Positions 40,027-53,550 are shown, counted from the whole stretch's first letter. The stretch: DNA of 62,200 bases, filler included, from Sphacelaria rigidula (GCA_964200075.2; 8 parts of 8 records of this genome joined end to end with filler, not necessarily neighbours in it); one strand, 5' to 3'. The notes: a model not told the origin generated them from the letters alone. Made by a program: numbers and translations.

Positions 40027-43000
40027 CTTCCAGTTGTTGTACATACTATCCACGTACACATGCGACCTCCGTAGCAGGTAAGGGTCAAAGGGGAAGAAGG
40101 AATCCAAAGGGTTGGAGCCCTTTCCCAGCCCACCAGCCTTTGTCACCCGTGCAGGCGTCCAGCAATTAGAGGATGATATGCTAGATCGCGGCGTTGACGA
40201 AGATAGACTCGACCCCACTGTGATGGTCTGTACAACGTGGGGGCGCTGAGACATGCACAGAGCAGAGGGCAACAGTCGTGCACCGAAAAATGTGGTGCAT
40301 CGTCAAGGGCAGGGAGCAGCATTTCAGTAATTACGGTCGTCTGCTGCAGCGTGGGAATTCATTTAGTATTGTGCAGCTAATTTGCTTTTCATCGGTAGGT
40401 CAAGCACCAAACCTAGCGGGTATCTTCCGGTCATCGCGGCTCTCGAGTTGGTCCCCTTGCTGTTTGGCCTCGCGTGCTGAGTGGAACAATGGACCCTGCC
40501 TTCAGTAGCCCGAATGGTCGCATACGGCGTCGGAACTTGAAGGGCTAGTAATGTTCATTTTTCCTTCCTCGTGTTCTTTGTGGAATTATCATTATTTTGT
40601 ATCGCGTCTCTGTGAATTCTTTCTGGGTCCGCTTTCATTTCATGTCACAGCTTGGGGTAGTTCGCCTGTGACCACGAAAGGCGTCCGCATCAGACGCCCA
40701 GTACAGAGTACCGCTGCGCAAATATCGGAACAACTTTTGATGCGAAGACAACAAAGACAACAACAATCTTCCAAGTATCTATCTTAGCCAGAGTAGATAA
40801 TTCGACACAAGAGGTTTGTGACAACTACTCCACGTGTTTTCTACGGTGTGAAAGCGTGTGCTTGGGCAATACTATAGGTGAAGGATGTTGCGAATGGGCG
40901 AGACCAAAGCCAGATGGGGCACCATCTCAACCGAAACGACAATACGCTGCCTGGCACGTACGGGGCCTCGAGACGGAAAATGGCCTACATCACCGAGACT
41001 CAATTTTCGCAGGGTATCCCCGCGTGCGACTGAACGCTTTGTCTCGCCTCTCACTGCTTACTCGTGAAACCAGGCTTTCAAAAGCTGGGACATGACTCAA
41101 TTAGTCACACCGGTTCTATTGAATCTTAGTCATACAAACAAAAACACGAACATAGACCACAAACACAAGAGTCTAATCCGACCGTTTATCATGTATAATA
41201 GCTGCCACTGATGCCACTGAAAAGTAAGTAATCATGCGTGCGGCTGGATGGTAAAAATGCTACTACATTGTGCCACATTGCTGTGGTCGGGTACCTCTTG
41301 AGCGATGGTGTGGAGGTGCTCCACCAACTCCGGGCTGAGGTGTTCCTCCAGGAGACTGCAGCACAGCCGAGCGAATTCTCTCCTCACGGTGTCCAGACAA
41401 TGCCGCAGGGGGTACAGCGAACACGTGAGCAACTGCTCCCAAATCGACGCCTGCGGTGGGAAGACACGTTGCGGACATCGATCAATCAGTCAATCAGCCA
41501 AAATGAGCACGCCGAAGCACCCAACAGTCTCGACTTTTCTTTTGATTCATTTGAGTGTCGCACTTTAACTGACCCGCCAGGGGTCCAGCCGTGGTCGCAT
41601 GATAGACGTACCCAAGAAAAGCAAACTGAAACACTCGCTCAAGAAAAGAAGGAACTAAATGCAAATAAATAATAACAGAGCACAATACCTTCCCCAGGGG
41701 GAAACGAGCTCCGGCACTTGGTAACACTAGACTCAACACCATCGCAGACTAGAGAAACCATCAGCGATTGGTAATTCCAAAACAACCTTAGCTTGGCGCC
41801 ACGAAGTTGATCGAGCCGCAGTGCTATGCCCCTTGCATCAACGCGAACAGGGTGGCTGCCCAAGGAGTAGGCACAGCTCATCGCTTCACAGCGTTTTCTG
41901 TATACGTCAACATTTCGAACGCCTGTATATGTACTGTGAAACTACGAGCTCTCATAATGTACGCGAGCGTAGAACAACGGACTACTGATGAGGATGGGGG
42001 GGGAAGCGGGGAATGTTGAGTGTAAAATGTACCTTTACAAGGGACTGGTTTCATAGGGGGACAAAATGCGCCGCGGGATTTGGTATGTGGTCATTGTCCA
42101 CCATCCTGGCACCCGCACATGTTTGTAACATTGAGCGGAACTGGGCGGGTGGTCTTACACCACGGTGGGAAATTGACATGAATGAGCACGTTTCCGACAT
42201 TTTCCAAGACTTTGATTTTTGATCACCTCAACCGTTTTTTGCGCAACACACGGCCAGCTCATCCTCACGCGCTAGCATGGTCTCCTTGTGAGCCATGCCA
42301 AAACAAATCAGACCCGTGGAACCCATTCATGCTCAACCGATGAGATTCAATGTTGCGAGTATTCCACTCTTTTATGGGGAGAGGCATCATGAGAGCTGTT
42401 CCCATCAACATGAAGAAGCTTGAGTTGTATCCTCAGAAAAAAAAAACACCAATATGGTATGAAATGACATACGCATACGCATGTCCAACCTGTCAAATGA
42501 CGGCCCTAGAACAATGAAGGAAAACGAACGGCCAAATGCCGGGAATACTACTGACTACAGGATGTGATTTTGTCGTACAGGCTGATCCTGCCTAGAAACG
42601 GGTTGAAGCTCTCAAAGCAATATATCATCGACACACACGAGTTAGACCGCTGTCTGCATATCGTATCGGCCATGAAATCAAGTGGAAGGTGCCCATGTGC
42701 TCAAAAGTGTGGGCGGTTTCTGTCGTTGACTAAACCCCATATCTAGTAATTCTTGTACCGTACGGAGACAGCGTCCATACTCAAGCCTAAATGAAACCCT
42801 GTACGATCTATACAGCGGATGATGACTTTTGATGTGGACATTCCCTGAAGCACGGGGAAACGATAGATACCCTCACCTTCACCTAACTCGTCATCTATCT
42901 CGAGATATGGCGCACATAAGGTTTCATGGCAAAATGAATATATTACGAGCACAGACACGAAGTGCACCAAATCTGGATGTCGCGTCTCAGTTGTTGAGAA

Positions 43001-46000
43001 TTGTGCTTTGAAACTTCGTATGGAGAATCGCTTGTGAATAATAAAATTCAAGAATACAATTTTATTTTTCAATTTTTTTCGTTCTCGGAAGGGTTTTAGG
43101 GGCGTTCAAAAAGGAAATGAACAATACCCTTGGACCTCACCCGATTTTTTCAGCTCCATTTCTAGAGTTGTGATTTGAAACTTGGCACGGAGAAGCACAG
43201 AGGTATGCTGAATAAAAAAATGAATCTTGAATTATTTTTTGGAAATGTCAGGGCCTGCTCGTGAAAAAGTGATCACTACCACACAAGAACGCCCTAAACC
43301 AGTGAAAAATAAAAATAAAAAACAACCGGATCCTCTTTTTGGGTTCATGATGCTTTCGTTGAGTTTTTTCCTCTTTTTTTCCACGTCCTAGTCTACGATG
43401 TGGGCCTGTTGGACATTTTTCTGTTCCTTTTTCTCTTGAGCGAGTGTATCAGTTTTCTTTGTCTTGGGTACGTACGTCTATCATGCGACCACGGCTGGAC
43501 CCATGGGTGGTCAGTCAAAATGCGACAATCAATCAAATCAATCAATCAATTATGTATGCCCTAGCGAGGTCCCACACAAATTTATAATACACAGGTACCG
43601 AAAGTGGGCCGGTAAGTGGCCTGCAAAATAATGTTCCGAATTTCTACCGACGCGGTTTGGAACGGCCCACTGAGAATTCAATATTTAGAGTTGGACCCTA
43701 AAATATGTATGGACGATGAGTAGGGGATAACAAAAAAGTATGCGTGGACCCAATAATTCTTCTTTTCATGAGTTAGGGCGCTACTTATAACAGACAAGAA
43801 AAAAAATCTGGAAAAGTGCTTTTTTGGAGCTTTTGGGTCGTTTTACGCCACAAAGGAGAGCAAGGCGAAATTTGACACCTTGGAATGACTTGCTCTATGA
43901 TTAATCTTCCAGATTTGACCGTTCTTGGACAAAAAATCTTGTTTGGCCAAGATAAAAATTGCGGTCACCGGTAAACGGGAAGATGTCCTGGAACCGCCTC
44001 AACTAGTAAAGCAAGTCATTATGAGGTGTCAAACTCTGCCTAGCTCTATTTTAGGGCGTGAAACGACGTAAAAAAAAGTGTATGTTTCCAGATTTTTTTT
44101 TTGTCTGTTATAAGAAGCGGCCTTATCGGTAATAACCAGTCTTCAGGTTTCAGTGAAATGCTGTTAAATCATGAAAAATTGAAAAATCTTTGGATCCACG
44201 CATTTTTTTGTCATGCCTCAGTCATTGTCCATACCGAAATTTAGGGTCCATCTTTACATACTGATTTGCGAATGGTCCTGAAAACTCCAAATTCGCTTCT
44301 AGGCTCGCCCAGCTCGTATCTGGAAAGGTACGGACTTCTTCAAAATCATGCATGCTGTTTGCGAAATATGTTCTTCGTAGGGAAAATTAAAAGCCGCTGT
44401 AGTGATCACACGCACCGGATCACGTCATGCGAGAGAAAAGCATACATAGCACACATGATTTCCATGATCCGACCAGACAGGGGCCGACGTCGTGTGTGCC
44501 ACATTTTGGGTCTGGGGCAAAGCCATGACGGAAAAGCAAGGCGGAGGGGGATACCAAACGCAACATGGGGAGAACATGAAGTGTCATTAACGGACTATTC
44601 ATGTCTGCCGTGCCCGCTGCTTCGCCCGTACTCTTACCGACACCTGTCGTTGTGCCGAACGCCTGGTGGAGAGGCTCTGAGAAGGGTCCATTACTTTGGC
44701 GGAATGAATTGTGGTATACGGTACTGTAGTATAGTGCTGCAATGTCAAACGCAAGCAAAAATTGTTGACCGTGCCCCCGCGTCCCGCTTGGGTGCATCGA
44801 CCTTCGTCCCAGATGGTTTTCGGGGATAGTTCCCACGGGATGTGGGATTTTCGATGTTAGTTGAAAGTGGCCGTTCTGGGTTGCATGAGACTGGAAAAAG
44901 TGATTTTGGGACGTGAATTCTCGGTCTCGATAAAAAAAGTAGCCCATAATACACTTACCTACATGTCATACCACAAAGGTTAGTGGCACGGCCAATGCTC
45001 ATAAGGGTCTCCACGCATCCCAAGATAACTGTATGGCACCGTATACTGCACTCTGTCCTATTCTGCACCCACGAAATATGGATGGCAACGGCTCGGTGGG
45101 TCCAGACCCCTCTTTTTCATATGACCAGTACGTACGTCGTATCTCATTTCAAAAGCTATTCCAAAAAAGAAAAATCCAGCCGACAGAAGTCCATCTAAAC
45201 GGCCTGGCGCTACAAGGGTTCACTCTTACGCATCCGCGGCCAACTAGCTCATCTGAAAGTCTGAATGAATCTCTAATAATGGCGATAGTGCGGACGTAAA
45301 TGGCCGCTACTAAGCCTCCAGGTGCACGATGAATTTTCATGCGCCTGATCGTGAGTTAGTTTTTTTGCACGCCTGCGTCCGCTGATCGCCAAGTAGCAAC
45401 AAGGCACTGATGGAAACAGGGGTGTGTGAAAAGAACAACCTCCCTGCTGAAGTTCCGTCCGTGTTGCTCGTGTATGTGTGTGTGTATGTTTGTGGAGGGA
45501 GGGAGGGGGGGGGGGGTCAACGTGTGCTTGTCCCACTCAACTTGCGTGAGGGGAAAAATTTCGCAAACATCCGGACTCACATATCAAACGCCCGCCCACC
45601 CAACCACACTGCATATGCCGCCTCCAGCAAGCCCCCCCCCACACCCGCCCCTAAATACATATCACGCCCTTCAGCTGCTCAGCAGCAAACAGTCGTGTGT
45701 ATTGACCACATTCTTGTGCTGACTAGTGTTAGTGCCATCACTGTTACTGTGCTGTCCTGCACTCTACTGTACCGTTTGAAACTGTGAGACGGGAAGGACT
45801 GACCCTAACTCAAGTACGAATTCATGTACGGTAGAAGTGTACGTAAACGCGCGACATGTGCATGACAACGGTCTTTTTATGTAGGGGTTGTCTCCCTTCC
45901 GAAAACAATTCCAAAACATCGGCTAAATAAAAGATACAAGAGCCAGTTGGTCGTCAGGCGCTCCACAGGTTTATTTAGACCTAGATACGAAGCAATAAAA

Positions 46001-46344
46001 ATGGAAGATGACCGACCCCCGTGGTAAAGTTTGGCGATTGAATACCGACTCACATGGCTGGCGATACCATCCACAGCAGCAATATCTGCGCCACGGAAGC
46101 ACATTACGTAGAACGTAGCCTGACACACCGAATAAAACAGCATGTCATCGCCGCCCCCGGCCCCTCTACCCCCTCCGCCGGATACCAGTCCGGGAGTCAT
46201 CGCGCCACCCTTACGAATGCTGCTGCTGACAGTCCTGCTGACGGCATTACTGCCGCTGTTCGTGCTGTATCGCGCGCTTGGGGTGCTGCCGTGCCACGAC
46301 TTGGGAGGGTTGGCACGGCGGTTTGCCATCGGGGTTTGGAAGTC
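40027..46344 (-). CDS. RRN3: RNA polymerase I transcription initiation factor RRN3/TIF-IA, C-terminal exons 46344-46054, 41450-41295, 40227-40027 (5' part outside contig)
   Basis: Family motifs in the expected order: LFYSVCQATFYVMCFR, WEQLLTCSLYPLRHCLDTVRREFARL, NPLDSFFPFDPYLLRRSHVYVDSMYNNW. Exons are 291/156/201 nt, all phase 0, with canonical cag|..|gt sites. Confidence 0.92.
43330..43550 (+). mobile_element. SINE/LINE 3'-end fragment with (AATC)n tail; inverted copy at ~41545-41655
   Basis: CTTGAGCGAGTGT..CGTCTATCATGCGACCACGGCTGGACCC..GTCAGT followed by (AATC)n. Reverse-complement match at 41570-41650. It interrupts the long dispersed repeat. Confidence 0.7.
43776..44122. mobile_element. 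PIF/Harbinger (Tourist-like) MITE, 347 bp, in the RRN3 intron
   Basis: TIRs GGGCGCTACTTATAACAGACAA / TTGTCTGTTATAAGAAGCGGCC, extending imperfectly over more than 100 bp. TTA TSD at 43773-43775 and 44123-44125. Confidence 0.88.
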
Positions 46345-49300
46345 CTGCACAGTGGGGGGTATCACGGAGAGTAAGCAACAACAAAATTTCAACAACCGGA
46401 CCCAGTTTTGGTAGCGACACGAGCATCAACGGCGCACAAGCAGAAAGTGGAAGTTGAAAGGATATGCTCAGAGTAAGTTGGCAAAGGTATCCACGTGTAT
46501 GTGTGGAGGGGCGGGGGGGGGGGGGGGGGGGGGGGCGTACTCATACGTTGCTTACCCCAGTTGTTTGACCATTGGACACGCATCCCTTTCGGGGCGGGCC
46601 CCGTTCCCCCCCCTAATGGAGTACCCNNNNNNNNNNNNNNNNNNNNNNNNNNNNNNNNNNNNNNNNNNNNTTAATTAATTAANNNNNNNNNNNNNNNNNN
46701 NNNNNNNNNNNNNNNNNNNNNNNNNNAGACAGCCACGAGTTATACACTGCCTCATGGGTGTTTTACCTCTAACCGGGGGGGGGGGGGGGGGTATTTTGGG
46801 CCACTTCATGCACGATCTTCCAAGTCTAATCGTCATTGGAAGCAGCATAGTCTGTTCGAACGAGCTTGTTACAGGTCAAGAACGCTCATTGATCCTGCTT
46901 GATACTGATTTTACCCACATACAAGCGCACCGCGAGTGTGTTATGAGGAACTCCTCTGACACACTCTTGAGATTCTTTTTTCGCGCAATCAAACACCCCC
47001 CCTACCCCTATCGTAGGATGGGTTATTTTCCGCTCGTCAATTGTGCAGGATAAACCAGGCTGACATTTGTTCCATCAATGATTCGTACAAGAACTGTCAC
47101 CCTTACATGTTTTGTACTCTTGATTCGTGAGATATTACTTGGAGCTTACATAATCCCGTACGTCCTTCGCGTGATACTACCTCGAACGTGTATCTTTCCC
47201 ATTTGTGATTCGTATAGTATTACTCTTTCAAGTGTGAATCGCACTCGCCAATCCTCACGAGTAAACTCGTATTAATCTTGATTCGTCTGACGTTTGGAAT
47301 ACTCAAGAACGAGTCACCCAGTGTGATTGTAGCGTTGGTGCCTTCAGGGCGGCATTCAAATTTGGCATGTAAAATCGCCCCCCGCTCCTAACTTCCTTGT
47401 GGAATATCCCTTGATATGCCCAATGTCTTGTTTTTCGAAGTATTTTCACATGAGCTCTCCACTTGCTAGTATTCAGGTCTTGTGGGAAAATCGCTGTAGG
47501 TTCCAGTTGTCAGTGATACGCTTGTCCAGCAACCAAAGGGTCATACGATGTGCCCGGACAAGGCCGCCATGATGCCAACGCTACAATTAGAAAGACACCA
47601 GCCGAGTACTGTCCAACTGCCTGACGTTTGAACCTTCACCCGCAGCAGCCAATTTCCCCCGTCTTCAAGAACTGCTAGCCATTGCTTCCCGAAAACAGCT
47701 GCGAGCGCTGGAAGTAATCTGAGTTATGCGTTGGATCTGAAACTCGGCACTGAAATATTTCACGAGCGTGGACGACCTAGCTTTGAGGCACTCTTCTTTT
47801 ATCAGTCATCACGGGCGAAGCATATCGTCGCGGAACATAAGATGCACGTCGTAGTATCGCAAAATTCTCCGGTTTTCCAACGGTGTTGCACAGCTTTCAT
47901 TGTCGTCGTATACAAGCTAGGCCAGTCACAAGGTCCCGGTATTCCTCCGGCATAATATAACTTTTCCAGTTTGCCGAATCAGCCCTACGAATTGCTTCGC
48001 TGTATACTGACGACCAACCTGCTGATGCATGCCCCTCTGCTGAGAAGAGCATGAATAATGTACTGCGTAATATATGGCCTCGATGACGGAATCAGACTGT
48101 TGAAAAAAAGCGAGTGTCTATCCGGCGTTGAACCCGTGGCCTTCCGCCCCCGTGGATGTCTCTTGTATCAATTAGACAACACGTGCAGTGGCGTCACACA
48201 AAATGTGGAATGGCCTGCCTGATTTCAGTATTGTTTGCCAATGTTCTACAAGGGTGTTCTGCAGGCGTAGTGAGAAAATCTCCGATGAAGCATACTAAGT
48301 TATACGTATTTTCATCGAATTATGACGTTTTGTTGTCACACATGCCTCTCCCACCAGTTCGACAACAGGTGAAGCGATGTCGCACCAATAGTGGAATGCC
48401 CTGCCTAATATCAGGAGTTTTGAATCGAAATTGTACAAGGATCTTCTGCAGGCGAAGTTGAAAATACGGTAGTCTGAAAACCATCCAGAGTTTTCAGATC
48501 TTTCCGTCGAGTTGTAATGTTCTCCCTTTAGAGCATACCCCTTACACGATCTAGACAGCGGGGTCCAGCGGTGTCGTTGAACTAGTACAATATCCTGCCC
48601 GATGTGAACCCTTTGGGGACCGGACTCCCGAAAACATAGCGTTTGCTTGCAGGGGCATTTTCATGGGATAGGCATTATTTTTACTCGGAAGCAAATGAAC
48701 ATGGCACCGATTTACGAAAGGCTCCTGAGCGCAAACCCCATGTTTCTGGGAGTCTGGTCCCAAAAGAGTTAAGAGCTTTGTGCCAAAATAATACAAGGAC
48801 CTTCTGCACGTCGGTTGAACTTTCCTCACAAAAACATCCAGAGTCGTTTTTTGTCATCGGGTCATGATATTTTCCCATATTTTCCACAAATTTTAGAACA
48901 CCCCAATCTTGTTTTTTTTCTTCCCTCGGTTGCTTCGCTGCTACACGCTCACTGATGTTTCACATGTCGTGTGGAACGTTCAGCGCCCACCTCCCACAAT
49001 GCAAATTTCCTCAGTCGCCAATAAGGACTCTTGGCTGGCCCTACTCGTAGATATTATCGGTGCCTTCTCAGGCATTACGAGTGTGTACTTGAGACGCGGT
49101 GCAACAAGTGCAAGCAGACTCGGTGGTGTCATTTAGCGAAATAATCACTGCTGTATGTGAAGTTACCTCGTGGTACTTGATCAGTTACAGCTACTAATAT
49201 ACCCTAGCCGTAACATACGAAGTTTATGCCCTGTTCCAGTATAATGTCGCACTGGCACTTTTGAAAAGGAGCGTTCCGACAAGAGCCATGACGTGTCACG

Positions 49301-51323
49301 AATATCACGATGAGCTCGTCTCACAGAACGACAGCGACATAAGTGGGTTTTTGCGGCGATGAATGTTCGTATTTGTCCTATTTTGCCACCATGTAGTGGC
49401 AGGGCACAGGAAACGTCCCGGGAGATCATCCCACTACCGAAGACTTTTTAGTTGTACCTGGCGTTGGCGAGTGATTTGATCATTCCGTCTCGTGCTGACA
49501 CCGATAGATTGGTGGTTCTTGATCAATTTGCCCAATTCTGAAGATAGACCAGCTCCGTACACATGAAATGGTGCAGTGCAGGTGTGCAGTTGGGGGTGTG
49601 AGGAACTCGATGTGCTCGTTTGACACGTTTGGGATCAACGCGGATGAGCTCATTCGGGGTTTAAGATTACATGTTTCCCGTTTTAGTCGAGACACATGGT
49701 CGGTTCGTTTTTTTCAGCAAAGAAAAACCACGCATGCAAAAATATGTTTTGCGAATACACCCCGTGGTATACCGTCGATCTCTCCACAAGCACGAGCCCG
49801 CCTTGAACAAGCTCAGCTTCGCTGAGTCGACGTTATTCGTTGCAGCAGTGGATACTGAAGGATATGTGCCCCATCCACAGCCGTCTCACGACTTCTTCAC
49901 CAAAAGCGATACACTCTGTGCTGCACCTGGACGCCGCTGTCCTCCGTCTTGCTGTCAGATCAGAGAGAGGAAACGGAGAGGTGTCACACGTGTGGTCACA
50001 TATTGAGCCAGTACAGTATACAGCATGCATGCATGACGAGCACTACTTGGGATCGAACTCTCGAAGGAGCGTCTTGACCACGTCGCCACCGCCGGGCCTG
50101 GTTTGACGGTGGTCCGTTGAGGGCATCTGAGAAAACATTGAGAGTTTGAGGGCATCGGTGGGACAGTGTGAATCGCTTTCGTTTCTTTCATCGTGACAGA
50201 AGTCATGAACACTGGGAAAAATATGCATGACGACAATCGGCACAGTAGCTTCGTGTGCTATAAATTCGACATACTGTAGAACTAACCTCTCACGACTTGT
50301 TCGAGCGAACAAGATGTGGGTCCGGTGCTTGTCATGACGATCCCACAGAGCTCTAGTGCGCTGGTTCACCTCTTCATGCAGAGGAGGTTTCAGAGTGTGC
50401 TATGTGGGAAGGCAAGTTCAGTTCGTATAGGTAGCGAGGTTTGAAGCATTTCGATCTGAACCGTGCTGGTTTTCGCGCCATAGTCAATCAGATTCGCATA
50501 TTGGTCACGTGTTGAAGATTTAACACGACTTCAGAATACGGAATGTTCATCCTCTCTCCGTTCTTGTCCAGTTTCCCGTTTTCTCGCCGCTCTTTAAGCG
50601 TTTGTTCATGTCCATTCACGTTGGGTACGCCTGTCGATACGCCGACGATGGCTGGATTTCTTGGGACCAATCAATGTGCGACATATTATCAATCAAGCGG
50701 TTAGTCACACAAAGCACAGCACCACACAAATACGTGTGCTGAAAATAAGTACTCAACCGTTCCTGTTGTTCCTGAAAGTGAGGCGTGCGCATGCTTGGAG
50801 TTGCTGGCTCACAGATGATGCATAAACCTTGCACATTGGCCTCGTTGTCTGACGCGCACAAACAACAGCAGCAACAGACCACAGCGTTGATCGCAGTGCA
50901 ATATTCAAATAGTACGCGAGTCTGTTGATGTCTTTCAGTTCCCGTCAATGCTGTCATTTCCCGGCATTGCTGCTCTGTCCGTGATTCGCTGCCCGGAGGT
51001 ACGCCTGCCCCATGGGTGGAGAACAGCACGATGACCGGTGCTTGAGAAGTCGTACACGAGAATGTTGAAGCATGTCACCGTTGGTCTGTTCGCGAAGCCT
51101 TGCCGCTGCTACCGCGTCCCCTTTTGCTTATATATTTAACGCTGCATAAATCTTCGCCCAACTCTAGAACGGAACTCCAACTTGCAAATTTCTCAAAGCA
51201 CGAGTTAGTTAATCGTGCAAATCCCATTGCATATTTCCCCTTCGAATACTGCACCCTACCCGTCCGTGAACAGCGGCAGCACTGTAACGATCGACGTACC
51301 CCTAGCAGAACGAGTGCTGCGGA

Positions 51324-53550
51324 ATGGAGCACACGGTATGGAGGAACGCGGACGTCTTGACCGGCCTCGCAGATCTCGTAGGGCACGACTTCTTGTTCTT
51401 CGGCGAGGTATCACGAGCGTGGAGGAGTGCTTGGGGCAACCGTCCTCCTGAAACTAGAGGAATAACGGCCCACACATCCGTGGCGCAATTGCTGCACAGC
51501 TTGGAATGTGGGTTGCATCTGGCAGCGAAGTTATGTACGGCCGCTGCGGGATTCGGCAGGCGAGTTCTTCAGTGATAGGGGATGGTGGTGACTTCGGGAT
51601 ATGGTTCATGGTAGGTTCCGTGTTTCCACGATGTATAAACATGACAGCGTTGCCTCCCCCATCGAAACATGTGTGCGATCGCTCATTTTCTAATCGTGTT
51701 GTGCTGCCTGGTAAAACAGTACTGCTCCGAGCGGGGCTTTCTCAGCGGAGACAGGGAAATATGGGGCGTTGTCTCCAGAAATGTCGTTCCCGGGAAACAA
51801 AACACCGTGCTCGTATAATTTCGTACCCTCGCTTCCTCTCCGCCGCCGTATCGTCGGACCGCCAGGCTGGATGTCCTCAAATATTTGAGAGCCCAAAACT
51901 GCCCCTGGGACGAAAACACATGCCACAGGGCGGCGTCCGCTGGGCACGTAGAGATTCTCCAGTGGGTACGTCCAAATGGCTGTCCGTGGGATGAATACAC
52001 GTGCACCTGTGCAGCCGCTGGGGGGCACCTAGAGGTTCTGCGGTGGGCTCGTCACAAGGGCTGCCCGTGGGATAAAAACACGTGCAGCGGTGCAGCCGCT
52101 GGGGGGCACCTGGAGGTTCTGCAGTGGGCACGTCAAAACGGCTGCCCGTGGGATAAAATAACATGCACTAGGGCAGCCGCTGGAGGGCACCTAGAGGTTC
52201 TGCAGTGGGCACGTCGAAACGGCTGTTCGTGGGATAAATACACGTGTAGTAGTGCAGCCGCCGGGGGGCACCTAGAGGTTCTGCAGTGGGCACGGGAAAA
52301 CGGCGGCCCGTGGGATGAAGACACGTGCAGCAGTGCAGCCGCTGGAGGGCACCTAGGGGTTCTGCAGTGGGCACGGGAAAACGGCTGTCGGTGGGATGAA
52401 TACATATGCCCCTGTGCAGCCGCTGGGGGGCACCTAGAGATTCTGCAGTGGGCACGGGAAAACGGCTGCCCGTGGGATAAATACACGTGCAGCTGTGCAG
52501 CCGCTGGGGGGCACCTAGAGGTTCTGCAGTGGGCACGCCAAAAAGGCTGCCCGTGGGATGAAAGCACGTGCAGCAGTGCAGCCGATGAAGGGCACCTGGA
52601 GATTCTCCAGTGGGCGCGTCAGAACGGCTGTCCGTGGGATAAATGCACGTGCACTAGGGCAGCCGCTGGGGGGCACCTAGAGGTTCTGCAGTGGGCACGG
52701 GAAAACGGCTGTCCGTGGAATGAAGGCACGTGCCGTAATGCAGCCGCTTGGGGGCACCTAGAGGTTCTGCAGTGGGCACGCCAAAACGGCTGCTTGTGGG
52801 ATAAATACACGTGCAGCTGTGCAGCCGCTGGGGGGCACCTAGAGGTTCTGCAGTGGGCACGCCAAAACGGCTGCCCGTGGGATGAATACACGTGCAGCAG
52901 TGCAGCCGCTGGGGGGCACCTAGGGGTTCTGCAGTGGGCGCGTCAAAACGGCTGCCCGTGGGATAATTACGTGTGCAGCAGTGCAGCCACTGGGGGGCAC
53001 TTAGAGGTTCTGCAGTGGGCACGCCAAAACGGCTGCTCGTGAGATAAAGGCACGTGCAGTAAGGCAGCCGCTGGAGGGCGTCTGGGAGTTCTCCAATAGG
53101 CACGCGAACACGGCTGTCTGTGAAATGAAAAGTCGTGCAGTAGTGCAGCCGCTAGAGGCAACCTGGAAGTTCTCACGTGGGCACGTCAGAGCGGCTGCTC
53201 GGAAGAATGACACGGGCAGTCGGGCAGCTGGTGCAAGATACCCACAAAATACCCAGGGGGCAGGCGCAAATGGATTTCCCTGGGATTCTCGGACATAGTT
53301 ACAATGTCCTTACAGGAGGCGCCTATTATGTTCTCTCCAATGGACGCTTGAACGCGGCTGCACCTCGTGGTGGAAGATATGTGCATGGCAAGCAGCTCTA
53401 GGACGGGCGGCGCCTCGGAGTCAACACGAAGAGGCCAGACACATTGGATTCCCCATTTTGCAACACAAGAGCGGTAGAGAAACCCGCAGAGCGCACCGAT
53501 CATTGGTCCTTGTTTGATATAGAAGATTGGGGTTTGCATGCCCATGGTCA
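51324..53550 (+). pseudogene. Disrupted ankyrin-like repeat gene of the CPWD..TC..AA.GGHLEVLQWAR family (type seen in brown algae and large DNA viruses)
   Basis: N-terminal leader FLFFGEVSRAWRSAWG (51324-51575) ends in a stop. An intact array ORF follows at 51885-53042, then further repeats with Trp-to-stop changes and frameshifts to ~53550. Confidence 0.8.
51891..53190 (+). repeat. Coding tandem array, 81-bp / 27-aa unit, 14 intact plus 2 stop-containing units
   Basis: Unit xNGCPWDxxTCxxAAAGGHLEVLQWAR, counted from the ORF translation and the DNA. Confidence 0.97.

Noticed and set aside
46142-46414. Plus-strand ORF resembling a membrane-protein first exon (MSSPPPAP..LLLTVLLTALL) with a GTAAGC donor
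   Set aside because: It is the antisense shadow of an RRN3 exon. The minus strand carries the conserved FYSVCQATFYVMCFR motif with proper splice sites.
49671-50369. Protein-looking ORFs (e.g. 50043-50369 on -)
   Set aside because: No recognisable motif or consistent exon chain. Possibly transposase debris, but unsupported.
51576-51830. Possible hAT insertion (starts TAGGGATG) breaking the ankyrin gene
   Set aside because: There is no matching right TIR or TSD. It could be an intron or unrelated insert, so it is left unassigned.
51891-53190. CRISPR-like pattern of constant repeat with variable spacer
   Set aside because: The period is a constant 81 bp, in frame, and encodes ankyrin-like repeats. 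The variable parts are related to each other, and there are no cas genes.
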